Shown one piece after another: positions 53,862 through 62,082 of a stretch of 64,000 nucleotides of DNA. The translations under genes were made by a program, and so were the position numbers. Location of the stretch: IMG/VR virus record IMGVR_UViG_3300021085_000019, positions 1-64,000 of that record. One strand, given 5' to 3'. Below the pieces are notes generated by a model that was not told the origin of the DNA, searched no databases, and was given only the letters and a program-made list of their open reading frames with translations. The stretch's first letter is position 1; the number at the start of each line of letters is the position of its first letter. This DNA is from a virus.

Positions 53862-55544
53862 ATGGCATTTCAAGTATCACCAGGCGTCCAAGTCAAGGAA
53901 ATTGACGCATCGGGCGTAATACCTGCCGTATCAACCAGTATTGGTGGATTCGCAGGCGCTTTTAATTGGGGTCCAGTAGAAGAGGTTGTTACGGTTGGTT
54001 CAGAGACAGAATTAGCTAACATCTTCGGTTCACCAGATTCCAGTACGGCAAAATACTTTTTAACTGCAGCATCATTCTTAAAGTATGGTAATGCACTAAA
54101 AGTAGTACGAGCAGCATCAGGTCATCTAAACGCGACTGACGGATCTGCACAACTTATTAAAAATTTAGAACACTTTGAGGAATCTTCTATTACTACCGGG
54201 CAGTTTCATGCAAGATATCCCGGAAAATTAGGTAATTCACTAAGTGTTTATATAGCTACGAACTCAACTTCCCAGGCTGCTCTCCCGGCCCAAGTAAAAG
54301 CCGAATTCGATAGAGACCCCGGCACGTCGGAAACTGCATCTGCATCACCATATACGATTACAGGCGATGAAATGAATATTGCAGTTGTTGATAGCTTAGG
54401 TTCATGGACAGGAGTTCCTGGTACTGTTTTAGAAACTTTTCAGTTAGTTTCTCAAGCTATCGATTCTAAAACTCCACAAGGTACATCTAACTATTACAAA
54501 GAGGTTATTAACAGAACTTCTAGGTATGTTTATGCGAATCTTGAACCTTCGACGTTAACAGAAATAGGTGACCCAATTAGTGGATTCACAGCAAACGGTT
54601 CATATACTACCTCTGACGCCGAAATTGTAGTTGATTTAGTAAATGGAACTGACGATAACGCACCAACTCACGGTGAGATTGGTACTGGATTTGATGCCTT
54701 AGCAGATGCTGAAACAGTTGATGTTAACTTGTTGTTTGCATATCCAGACGCCAACAGCCAAAAAAATATTGCAGATAAACTAATTTCCATATGTGAAAGT
54801 AGAAAAGATTGTATGGCTTTTATATCGCCTCCGATTGAAGCTTCTGTTGGAGTCGCTAATCCAGCTGCAACAGTAAAGGCTTGGGTTGACGATATTAACT
54901 CAACTTCTTATGCTTCTGCTGATTCAAGTGCTGTATACGTTTATGATAAATATAACGACGTTTACAGATGGTTGGGTGCTTCTGGTCTTTGCGCAGGTCT
55001 TTGTGCGAACACAGATAACGTTGCTGATGCATGGTTCTCACCTGCAGGAACAACAAGAGGTCAACTATTTGGTGTAACCAAACTAGCATATAATCCTAAG
55101 AAAGCTGATAGAGACATGCTTTATAAAGCAAGAGTTAACCCACTCGTTTCTTTCCCTGGACAAGGTACAATGTTATTTGGTGATAAAACACTATTAAGTA
55201 AGCCAAGTGCATTTGATAGAATTAACGTAAGGAGATTGTTTATTGTAATTGAAAAAGCAATCGCGACTGCAGCTAAAGGACAACTTTTCGAATTTAATGA
55301 CGAGTTTACTAGAGCTCAATTTAGAAATCTTCTTGAGCCATTCTTAAGAGATGTAAAAGGAAGACGTGGTGTTACAGACTTTAGAGTCGTATGTGATACT
55401 ACAAACAACACAGGTCAAGTAATTGACGCTAATAGATTTGTTGCTGATATCTTTATCAAGCCTTCTAGATCTATTAACTTCATCACACTTAACTTTATTG
55501 CAACAAGAACCGGAGTCGATTTCTCAGAAGTCGCCGGCGGTTAA
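53862..55544 (+). CDS. gp18: Tail sheath protein gp18
   Basis: MAFQVSPGVQVKEID; FNWGP; WFSPAG..RG; FDRINVRRLF; FEFNDEFTR; IKPSRSINFITLNFIA. Confidence 0.97.
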   Translation: MAFQVSPGVQVKEIDASGVIPAVSTSIGGFAGAFNWGPVEEVVTVGSETELANIFGSPDSSTAKYFLTAASFLKYGNALKVVRAASGHLNATDGSAQLIKNLEHFEESSITTGQFHARYPGKLGNSLSVYIATNSTSQAALPAQVKAEFDRDPGTSETASASPYTITGDEMNIAVVDSLGSWTGVPGTVLETFQLVSQAIDSKTPQGTSNYYKEVINRTSRYVYANLEPSTLTEIGDPISGFTANGSYTTSDAEIVVDLVNGTDDNAPTHGEIGTGFDALADAETVDVNLLFAYPDANSQKNIADKLISICESRKDCMAFISPPIEASVGVANPAATVKAWVDDINSTSYASADSSAVYVYDKYNDVYRWLGASGLCAGLCANTDNVADAWFSPAGTTRGQLFGVTKLAYNPKKADRDMLYKARVNPLVSFPGQGTMLFGDKTLLSKPSAFDRINVRRLFIVIEKAIATAAKGQLFEFNDEFTRAQFRNLLEPFLRDVKGRRGVTDFRVVCDTTNNTGQVIDANRFVADIFIKPSRSINFITLNFIATRTGVDFSEVAGG

Positions 55545-55557
55545 TTAGGAGAAGAAA

Positions 55558-56085
55558 ATGGCAATTTTAGGCGTAGACGATTTTAAATCTAAGCTCGTTG
55601 GAGGTGGTGCACGTTCTAACATGTTCAAAGTAACATGTAACTTCCCATCTTATGCTCAAGGCGATGTTGAATTATCTTCTTTCATGATTAAGGGTGCTCA
55701 GTTTCCTTCATCAGTTGTAGCTCCTGTCCCTGTATTATTTAGAGGCAGACAACTACAATTGGCTGGAGACAGAACTTTTGAGCCAGTATCATTAACAGTG
55801 ATTAATGACACAGGTTTTGAAGTAAGAAATGCATTCGAAAGATGGATGAATGGTATCAGCGAACACAATAACAATACAGGTCAAAGTAATCCTACTGATT
55901 ATATGGCTGATATTATTGTTGAGCAATTAAACAAGCAAGGTGAAGTAACTAAGACTTACGATATGAGAGGTTGTTTCCCAACAAATCTTTCTACAATTGA
56001 GCTTTCATACGACAATGAAAACCAGATTGAAGAATTTACTGTTGAGTTACAGGTTCAATATTGGGAGTCAAATACTACTTCTTAA
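55558..56085 (+). CDS. gp19: Tail tube protein gp19
   Basis: FKSKLVGGGARSNMF; FRGRQLQLAGDRTFE; VINDTGFEVRNAFERWMN; IEEFTVELQVQYW. Confidence 0.97.
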   Translation: MAILGVDDFKSKLVGGGARSNMFKVTCNFPSYAQGDVELSSFMIKGAQFPSSVVAPVPVLFRGRQLQLAGDRTFEPVSLTVINDTGFEVRNAFERWMNGISEHNNNTGQSNPTDYMADIIVEQLNKQGEVTKTYDMRGCFPTNLSTIELSYDNENQIEEFTVELQVQYWESNTTS

Positions 56086-56091
56086 AAGCGG

Positions 56092-56099
56092 TATAAATA
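56092..56099 (+). promoter_or_regulatory. T4-type late promoter (gp20)
   Basis: Exact intergenic TATAAATA. Confidence 0.8.
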
Positions 56100-56139
56100 A
56101 TATTAGATGAGGGGAGTTGTTCTCCCCTCTGATAATATT
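56099..56139 (+). promoter_or_regulatory. Stem-loop in the gp19-gp20 intergenic region
   Basis: GAGGGGAG-TTGTT-CTCCCCTC (56109-56129) inside outer arms AATATTA/TAATATT; no U-tract. Confidence 0.65.
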
Positions 56140-56153
56140 GAGGTAAATAAAAA

Positions 56154-57644
56154 ATGGCAGAACTTTTTGGTTTTGAGATCAATAGAAAGGGTCAAAAGCT
56201 TCCAGAGCTTCCTTCTTTTGTTCCGGACACAGATGATGATGGTGTTGGCGTCATTAACAGCGGTGGTCACTTTGGCCAGTATGTTGATATTGATGGCGAT
56301 ACTGCAAAAAATGAAGTAGATCTTATATACAAGTATAGAGATATCGCTTCACACCCAGAATGCGACGCGGCCGTAGAAGATATTGTAAATGAAGCAATTG
56401 TAGGTGATAATAAATCAGCACCTGTTGAAATTGTTATGGATGAGATGGATGCTTCAACTCAAGTTAAAAAGGCTATGAAGGATGAGTTTGAAAATATTAT
56501 TTCATTGTTAAAATTTAATAGCTATTCGCACGACATTTTTAGAAAATGGTATGTAGATGGTAGATTACCATATCATATTATTATCGATAATAATAACCCT
56601 AAAAAGGGTATATTAGAATTAAGATATATTGATCCCACTAAATTAAGAAAGATTAAAGAGATCGAAGAAGAAAAAGATCCAAGGACTGGGGCTAATATCA
56701 TTAAGAAGTCAGAAGAGTACTTCTTATTTCAAGACGGAAAGATGACCGGTGAAAACCAAGGGTTAAAGATTCACCCGGATTCAATAGCATATTGTACTTC
56801 TGGTATGTTAGATCCAAGTAGAAAAAGAATATTATCATTTTTGCATAAGGCTATTAAGCCAGTAAATCAGCTAAGAATGATGGAAGATTCATTGGTAATC
56901 TACAGAATTAGTAGGGCGCCGGAACGAAGAATTTTTTATATTGATGTTGGTAACCTTCCTAAAGGTAAAGCAGAAGAATATCTAAAAAATATTATGGGCC
57001 AGTATAGAAATAAATTGGTCTATGATGCTAAAACCGGTGATATAAAAGACGACCGTAAGCATATGTCTATGTTAGAAGATTTCTTTTTACCACGTAGAGA
57101 GGGCGGAAGAGGAACAGAGATTTCAACCCTACCAGGTGGAGAAAACTTAGGTCAAATAGAAGATATTGTATATTTCCAAAAGAAACTATATAAATCATTA
57201 AACGTTCCTGCTAATAGACTAGAGCAAGAATCTGGATTTAATTTAGGTAGAAGCACCGAAATTACCAGAGACGAAGTTAAGTTTAAAAAGTTTTTAGATA
57301 GACTGAGAAAGAGATTTAGTGATTTGTTCTTACAACTGTTAAAAACACAGTTAATGCTTAAGGGCGTAATTACTAAGGAAGATTGGGTTAAATGGAAGGA
57401 AGATATATATTTTGACTTTATCGAAGATAATTATTTTAGTGAGTTAAAAGAAGCTGAAATTATTCGTGAAAGGTTTGAAATGCTTGCTCAGATGGATGAG
57501 TACGTTGGGAAGTATGTGTCTAATGAGTGGATTCGTAAGAATATCTTACGTCAAAACGATGATGAGATCGCTGAGATGAAGAAACAAATCGAAGCAGAGA
57601 AATCTTCAGGTGAAATTGAAGATGAAGATGATCTTGACATTTAA
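56154..57644 (+). CDS. gp20: Portal vertex protein gp20
   Basis: FRKWYVDGR; LHKAIKPVNQLRMMEDSLVIYRISRAPERRIFYIDVGNLPK; LPRREGGRGTEISTLPGG. Confidence 0.98.
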   Translation: MAELFGFEINRKGQKLPELPSFVPDTDDDGVGVINSGGHFGQYVDIDGDTAKNEVDLIYKYRDIASHPECDAAVEDIVNEAIVGDNKSAPVEIVMDEMDASTQVKKAMKDEFENIISLLKFNSYSHDIFRKWYVDGRLPYHIIIDNNNPKKGILELRYIDPTKLRKIKEIEEEKDPRTGANIIKKSEEYFLFQDGKMTGENQGLKIHPDSIAYCTSGMLDPSRKRILSFLHKAIKPVNQLRMMEDSLVIYRISRAPERRIFYIDVGNLPKGKAEEYLKNIMGQYRNKLVYDAKTGDIKDDRKHMSMLEDFFLPRREGGRGTEISTLPGGENLGQIEDIVYFQKKLYKSLNVPANRLEQESGFNLGRSTEITRDEVKFKKFLDRLRKRFSDLFLQLLKTQLMLKGVITKEDWVKWKEDIYFDFIEDNYFSELKEAEIIRERFEMLAQMDEYVGKYVSNEWIRKNILRQNDDEIAEMKKQIEAEKSSGEIEDEDDLDI

Positions 57645-57649
57645 TTTTT

Positions 57650-57657
57650 TATAAATA
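57650..57657 (+). promoter_or_regulatory. T4-type late promoter (gp67-gp21-gp22-gp23 operon)
   Basis: Exact intergenic TATAAATA. Confidence 0.8.
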
Positions 57658-57677
57658 TATAACGAAGGAAACAAATA

Positions 57678-57845
57678 ATGAGTATTGAAAATTTAATTGA
57701 TAATGTTAAAAATGGCGATAATGTTGCTGCTAGTAAGCAGTTTAACTCTATTATGGCCGATAAATTAACAGCTGCTCTTGATGCAAAGAAGATTGAAATT
57801 GCTTCTACATTGCAAGACAGACAAGCCTCTAAAGAAGAGGAATAA
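57678..57845 (+). CDS. Prohead core protein, gp67-like (55 aa; not in the supplied ORF track)
   Basis: Translated by hand: MSIENLIDNVKNGDNVAASKQFNSIMADKLTAALDAKKIEIASTLQDRQASKEEE*; AAGGA SD; syntenic with T4 gp67 between gp20 and gp21. Confidence 0.8.
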   Translation: MSIENLIDNVKNGDNVAASKQFNSIMADKLTAALDAKKIEIASTLQDRQASKEEE

Positions 57846-57861
57846 TAACGGAAATAAGTAA

Positions 57862-58515
57862 ATGAAACTTATAGCAGAATTTAATGACAGTAACCTAGAG
57901 GTTATTGAAGAAAAGGTTAATGGCAAAAAGACTCTCGTGATCGAGGGTGTTTTTATGCAAGCCGATTCTAAAAATAGAAACGGTCGTATTTACGAAAAGA
58001 GCATTCTTGAAAATGCGGTAAGTAAATATGTAAAAGAACAAGTAAGTACTGGTAGAGCAGTTGGGGAACTAAACCACCCTGAAGGTCCTACTATTAACTT
58101 AGATAAAGTTTCACATAAGATTACGGAACTCAAATTTGACGGAAGTAATGTTATTGGAAAAGCATCGATCTTAGAAACCCCTATGGGGCAAATTGTAAAA
58201 GGTTTGCTTGAAGGTGGAGTTAAGCTTGGTGTATCAAGTCGTGGTATGGGTAGTCTTGTGCAAAAGAATGGCGCTATGTATGTGAAAGATGACTTTATGT
58301 TGTCTACAGTAGATATCGTTCAAGACCCTTCAGCTCCAGAGGCATTTGTCAATGGAATTATGGAAGGTGTTGATTGGGTATGGAATAATGGCGTTCTTTG
58401 TCCACAAGAAGTTGAGAAAATTGAGACTGAAATCAAGGAAGCTCGAGGTGTTAGTTCATCTGATGTCGAGATTAAAGCTTTTAAAAATTTCCTCTCTAAA
58501 CTTGTAAATTCTTAA
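57862..58515 (+). CDS. gp21: Prohead protease gp21
   Basis: IEGVFMQAD.KNRNGRIY; GELNHP; GVSSRGMGS; DIVQDPSAPEAFV. Confidence 0.97.
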   Translation: MKLIAEFNDSNLEVIEEKVNGKKTLVIEGVFMQADSKNRNGRIYEKSILENAVSKYVKEQVSTGRAVGELNHPEGPTINLDKVSHKITELKFDGSNVIGKASILETPMGQIVKGLLEGGVKLGVSSRGMGSLVQKNGAMYVKDDFMLSTVDIVQDPSAPEAFVNGIMEGVDWVWNNGVLCPQEVEKIETEIKEARGVSSSDVEIKAFKNFLSKLVNS

Positions 58516-58529
58516 TAGGAGAATAAATT

Positions 58530-59645
58530 ATGTCTAATGACGAAATTAAAAATGATTTAGTCGAAGACGTATCAGAAACTGAAGAGCTTGATAACGAGGA
58601 GCTCGTTGAAGACGAACAAGTTCAAGACGAAGAAATCGTAGAAGCTAAAGTCAAGAAAGAAGCTGACGAAGAAGGCGATGATGATGACGAGGAAGAAGTT
58701 AAGGAAGATTCCGATGAGGAAGATGACGAAGACGAAGAGCCTGTTGTTGAAATGCCTAAAACTAAAGCTGCAATCATGGCATCAGTAAATGATATGTTGA
58801 AGAAATCAAAAAAACTAGACGCACAAAAGATTTACGCTAGCGTTGTGAAAACAATGGAAAGTGATCATGGTGATGACGAAGAAGAAGAGAAGCCAGTTAA
58901 GGAAGACGTTAACGTTGACCATATTGACTACTCTGAAGATTTAGAAAACCTAGTCGCTGAAGAAGCTACGTTGTCTGACGGTTTCCAAGCGAAAGCTGGA
59001 ATTATCTTTGAAGCTGCTTTAAAATCTAAAGTAGGTGCAGAGATCGAAAGACTAGAATCTGAGTACGTTTCAAACCTTGAAGAAGAGGTAACTGAAATCA
59101 AGACTGAGCTCGTAGAAAAGGTAGATTCTTACCTTAACTATGTTGTTTCAAACTGGATGACAGAGAATGAAGTTGCGGTAACTACAGGACTTAGAACTGA
59201 AATTGCTGAAGACTTTATGACTTCTTTACAGTCAGTGTTCAAAGAACACTATATCGAGGTTCCAGAAGGTAAGGTTGACCTAATTGACGAATTGTCAGAT
59301 CAGGTTGCTGAGCTTGAGGAATCATTAAATAAATCAACAGAAGAGAATATCGCACTAACTGAGTCTGTTTCCAATTTGGAAAGAGCTGAGATTGTGAGAA
59401 ACGCTTCTTCTGGGCTAGCATTGACTGAAGCTGAAAAGCTTGCATCTTTGGTAGAAGATATTGATTTTGATTCAGCAGAATCTTTCGAAATGAAAGTGAA
59501 TGTTGTTAAAGAGTCATACTTCAAATCTGAAGCTCAAGAATCAGTAGATGAAGCTCAAACCTTAGTTGGTACTGACGAAGCTCCGGCTGACCTCAGTGAT
59601 GTAATGGCTAGATACACTTCAGCTATTTCAAAATTTAACAAATAG
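58530..59645 (+). CDS. gp22: Prohead core scaffold gp22
   Basis: Acidic N-terminus; IFEAALKSK; KVDSYLNYVV..WM.ENEVA; EHYIEVPE.KVD; KESYF. Confidence 0.93.
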   Translation: MSNDEIKNDLVEDVSETEELDNEELVEDEQVQDEEIVEAKVKKEADEEGDDDDEEEVKEDSDEEDDEDEEPVVEMPKTKAAIMASVNDMLKKSKKLDAQKIYASVVKTMESDHGDDEEEEKPVKEDVNVDHIDYSEDLENLVAEEATLSDGFQAKAGIIFEAALKSKVGAEIERLESEYVSNLEEEVTEIKTELVEKVDSYLNYVVSNWMTENEVAVTTGLRTEIAEDFMTSLQSVFKEHYIEVPEGKVDLIDELSDQVAELEESLNKSTEENIALTESVSNLERAEIVRNASSGLALTEAEKLASLVEDIDFDSAESFEMKVNVVKESYFKSEAQESVDEAQTLVGTDEAPADLSDVMARYTSAISKFNK

Positions 59646-59666
59646 TCTAATAGGGGAAAACAAAAA

Positions 59667-61031
59667 ATGTTTAACGCAGACAAAAACTTAATGGAAAAGT
59701 GGGCTCCGGTTCTCGAGCATGCTGATGTTCCATCAATTCAAGACGGCCATAAGGCAGCTGTTACAGCACGTCTTTTAGAGAACCAAGAAATCTCAGCAAG
59801 AGAAGAAGAAATTGCTAAGCAAGGTAACTTCCTTGGTGAAGCGGCTGCAGCTAACCACATTGGTGCTGGTAACGCTGATGCAATCAAAGGCTTTGATCCT
59901 GTATTGATCTCTCTCGTAAGAAGAGCAATGCCGAATCTTATTGCTTATGATATTGCTGGTGTTCAGCCTATGTCAGGTCCTACTGGACTTATCTTCGCAA
60001 TGAAGTCAAGATACTCAACACAAGCTGGTACTGAAGCACTATTTGACGAAGCTAATGCTTCATTCTCAGGTGACGCTTCTGTTACTCAAGAAGCTGGTCC
60101 TTCAGGTCTTGAAGCTGCTGTTGATAACGGCGACAAAGACTTAAGCACTAACGAAACAGCTGGCGAAATCGTTTCTGACGTTGCTGGTGGTCTTTCTACT
60201 AGTGCGGCTGAGAGATTAGGCGTTGGCGAATCAGGCGACGGTGCTTTCGGTGAGATGGCTTTCTCAATCGATAAGGCTACTGTAACTGCTAAGTCAAGAG
60301 CTCTTAAAGCTGAATACACAATGGAGCTTGCTCAGGATCTTAAGGCTGTTCACGGTCTAGATGCTGAAGGTGAGCTTGCTAACATCCTTTCTTCTGAAAT
60401 CCTTGCGGAAATCAACAGAGAAGTTGTTAGAACTGTAAACAGAAAAGCTACTTTGGGTGCTGGTACATCTAACGTTGCTATCAAAGGTATCTTTAATGTA
60501 GATACTGATAGTGATGGCAGATGGTTGGCTGAAAAAGCTAAAGGTCTTATCATGCAAATCGAAAGAGAAGCAAATGCGATCGCTAAAGCAACAAGAAGAG
60601 GAAAAGGTAACTACATTATCTGTTCTTCTGACGTAGCTTCAGTACTTGCTGCTTCTGGCATGCTTGACTATAGCCCTGCTCTTAACACTAACTTGAACGT
60701 TGATGATACTGGTAATACTTTTGCTGGTGTTCTTAACGGTAAGTTTAAAGTGTATGTTGATCCATATTCAGCAGGTGCTAACCCTGACTACGTAACAGTA
60801 GGTTATAGAGGTGCAAACCCTTATGACGCAGGTCTTTTCTACTGCCCATACGTACCATTAACAATGGTTAAAGCTCTTGGTGAGAATGATTTCCAACCAA
60901 GAATCGGCTTCAAAACTAGATACGGAATGATTGCTAACCCATTCGTTGCTGTTGACGGTACTACTGGTGCTGATAGAGCTAACCCATACTTTAGAATCTT
61001 TAGAGTAGACGGTATTATGGCTAGTGCTTAA
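59667..61031 (+). CDS. gp23: Major capsid protein gp23
   Basis: LISLVRRAMPNLIAYDIAGVQPMSGPTGLIFAM; KSRALKAEYTMELAQDLKAVHGLDAE; FQPRIGFKTRYG. Confidence 0.99.
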   Translation: MFNADKNLMEKWAPVLEHADVPSIQDGHKAAVTARLLENQEISAREEEIAKQGNFLGEAAAANHIGAGNADAIKGFDPVLISLVRRAMPNLIAYDIAGVQPMSGPTGLIFAMKSRYSTQAGTEALFDEANASFSGDASVTQEAGPSGLEAAVDNGDKDLSTNETAGEIVSDVAGGLSTSAAERLGVGESGDGAFGEMAFSIDKATVTAKSRALKAEYTMELAQDLKAVHGLDAEGELANILSSEILAEINREVVRTVNRKATLGAGTSNVAIKGIFNVDTDSDGRWLAEKAKGLIMQIEREANAIAKATRRGKGNYIICSSDVASVLAASGMLDYSPALNTNLNVDDTGNTFAGVLNGKFKVYVDPYSAGANPDYVTVGYRGANPYDAGLFYCPYVPLTMVKALGENDFQPRIGFKTRYGMIANPFVAVDGTTGADRANPYFRIFRVDGIMASA

Positions 61032-61051
61032 TCTTTAATTAGATTAAACTT

Positions 61052-61080
61052 AAGGGGACTCTTCGGAGTCCCTTTTTTTT
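61052..61080 (+). terminator. Rho-independent terminator with cUUCGg tetraloop after gp23
   Basis: GGGACTC-TTCG-GAGTCCC (61055-61072) followed by T8. Confidence 0.95.
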
Positions 61081-61098
61081 ATTTGACTTTTAAACTTG

Positions 61099-61106
61099 TA
61101 TAAATA
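61099..61106 (+). promoter_or_regulatory. T4-type late promoter (gp3)
   Basis: Exact TATAAATA, 5 nt before ATG 61112, downstream of the terminator. Confidence 0.85.
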
Positions 61107-61111
61107 AGTGT

Positions 61112-61570
61112 ATGACTACTGCAAATAAAAACTTTTTAAGTCCCACTGGGTTTCAATTTAAAATCGATTCTACTCAATATGCAAACATTGAGTATTTTTG
61201 TACATCCGTAACTCTTCCTGATCTGTCGTTAGGTGAATCAGCAGCTCCATATAAAGGAACTAATTTATCTTTTACTGGGGATAGAATGACTTTTGGTGAT
61301 TTAACCCTTAGGTTTAATGTAACTGAAGACATGGAGAATTATGTTGAAATGTTTAACTGGATGCATAACATTATTGAAAAGGGAGATTCCTTTAAATCAG
61401 ATGCAACGTTATCAATTCTAAGTAGTCACAATAACGTAACGAAAGAAATTACATTTAGGGATTGTTTCCCTACAAATTTATCAGCAGTAGAGTTCTCTAC
61501 ACAGCAAACCGATATAGAATACTTACAAGCTGATGTTACATTGAAATACACTTACTTCGATATAAAGTAG
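61112..61570 (+). CDS. gp3: Tail tube terminator/completion protein gp3
   Basis: NFLSPTGFQF; YFCTSVTLP; GD...FGDLTLRFNVTEDMENY.E..NW; FRDCFPTNLS; located after gp23 as in marine T4-like phages. Confidence 0.85.
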   Translation: MTTANKNFLSPTGFQFKIDSTQYANIEYFCTSVTLPDLSLGESAAPYKGTNLSFTGDRMTFGDLTLRFNVTEDMENYVEMFNWMHNIIEKGDSFKSDATLSILSSHNNVTKEITFRDCFPTNLSAVEFSTQQTDIEYLQADVTLKYTYFDIK

Positions 61571-61574
61571 CATA

Positions 61575-61582
61575 TATAAATA
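61575..61582 (+). promoter_or_regulatory. T4-type late promoter (uvsY-uvsW)
   Basis: Exact intergenic TATAAATA. Confidence 0.75.
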
Positions 61583-61583
61583 T

Positions 61584-61620
61584 ATATTGTAATGCATATT
61601 GTAATGCATATTACAATGTA
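61584..61620 (+). repeat. 12-bp tandem repeat plus inverted copy in the uvsY leader
   Basis: ATATTGTAATGC x2 (61584-61607), then ATTACAAT (61610-61617) complementary to ATTGTAAT. Confidence 0.85.
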
Positions 61621-61635
61621 TAAAATGGAAATATT

Positions 61636-62082
61636 ATGAATAATTTAGAACAAATACTTGAGATGTGGAAAAAAGATTCCGTCATCGATGAACTTCAATT
61701 AGATCAATCAGCACGCGATTCCGCAAAGCTTCATTCGAAGTACCTAGAACTATACTCTGTAAACAAGCTTAGATATAAAAAGCTTGACCTGGAATTTAAA
61801 GTTTTACTTAAAGACAAGTTTATGCATTATAACGGCAAACTGAGTCAAGAAGAAATGGACTCTAAGGGTTGGGACTATGATCCATTAAATGGCCTTACTG
61901 TGTTAAAAGGTGATATGGATAAATGGTATGATGCTGATCCAGTCATTCAGGCACATCAAGCTAAGATGCATTACACTCAAGAGCTTATAGATACATTGAA
62001 AGAAATATTAGATAATATTAAATGGCGACATCAAAACATAAAAAATATTATTGAGTGGAATAAATTTACTAGTGGAATGTAA
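61636..62082 (+). CDS. uvsY: Recombination mediator UvsY
   Basis: W.KDSVID...LD......KLHSKYL; Y.GK; R...IKNIIEW.KF..G; precedes uvsW. Confidence 0.9.
   Translation: MNNLEQILEMWKKDSVIDELQLDQSARDSAKLHSKYLELYSVNKLRYKKLDLEFKVLLKDKFMHYNGKLSQEEMDSKGWDYDPLNGLTVLKGDMDKWYDADPVIQAHQAKMHYTQELIDTLKEILDNIKWRHQNIKNIIEWNKFTSGM

Noticed and set aside
56107-56319. 70-aa ORF starting just after the gp20 late promoter
   Set aside because: Out of frame over gp20, its start runs into the hairpin, and its 7-nt spacing differs from the 5-nt pattern; gp20 has its own SD.
61028-61047. TTAATCT/AGATTAA inverted repeat over the gp23 stop
   Set aside because: Weak, nearly all-AT stem that could arise by chance; the adjacent UUCG hairpin already explains termination.
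61584-61620. CRISPR-like mini-array
   Set aside because: Only two adjacent 12-bp copies, with no spacers.
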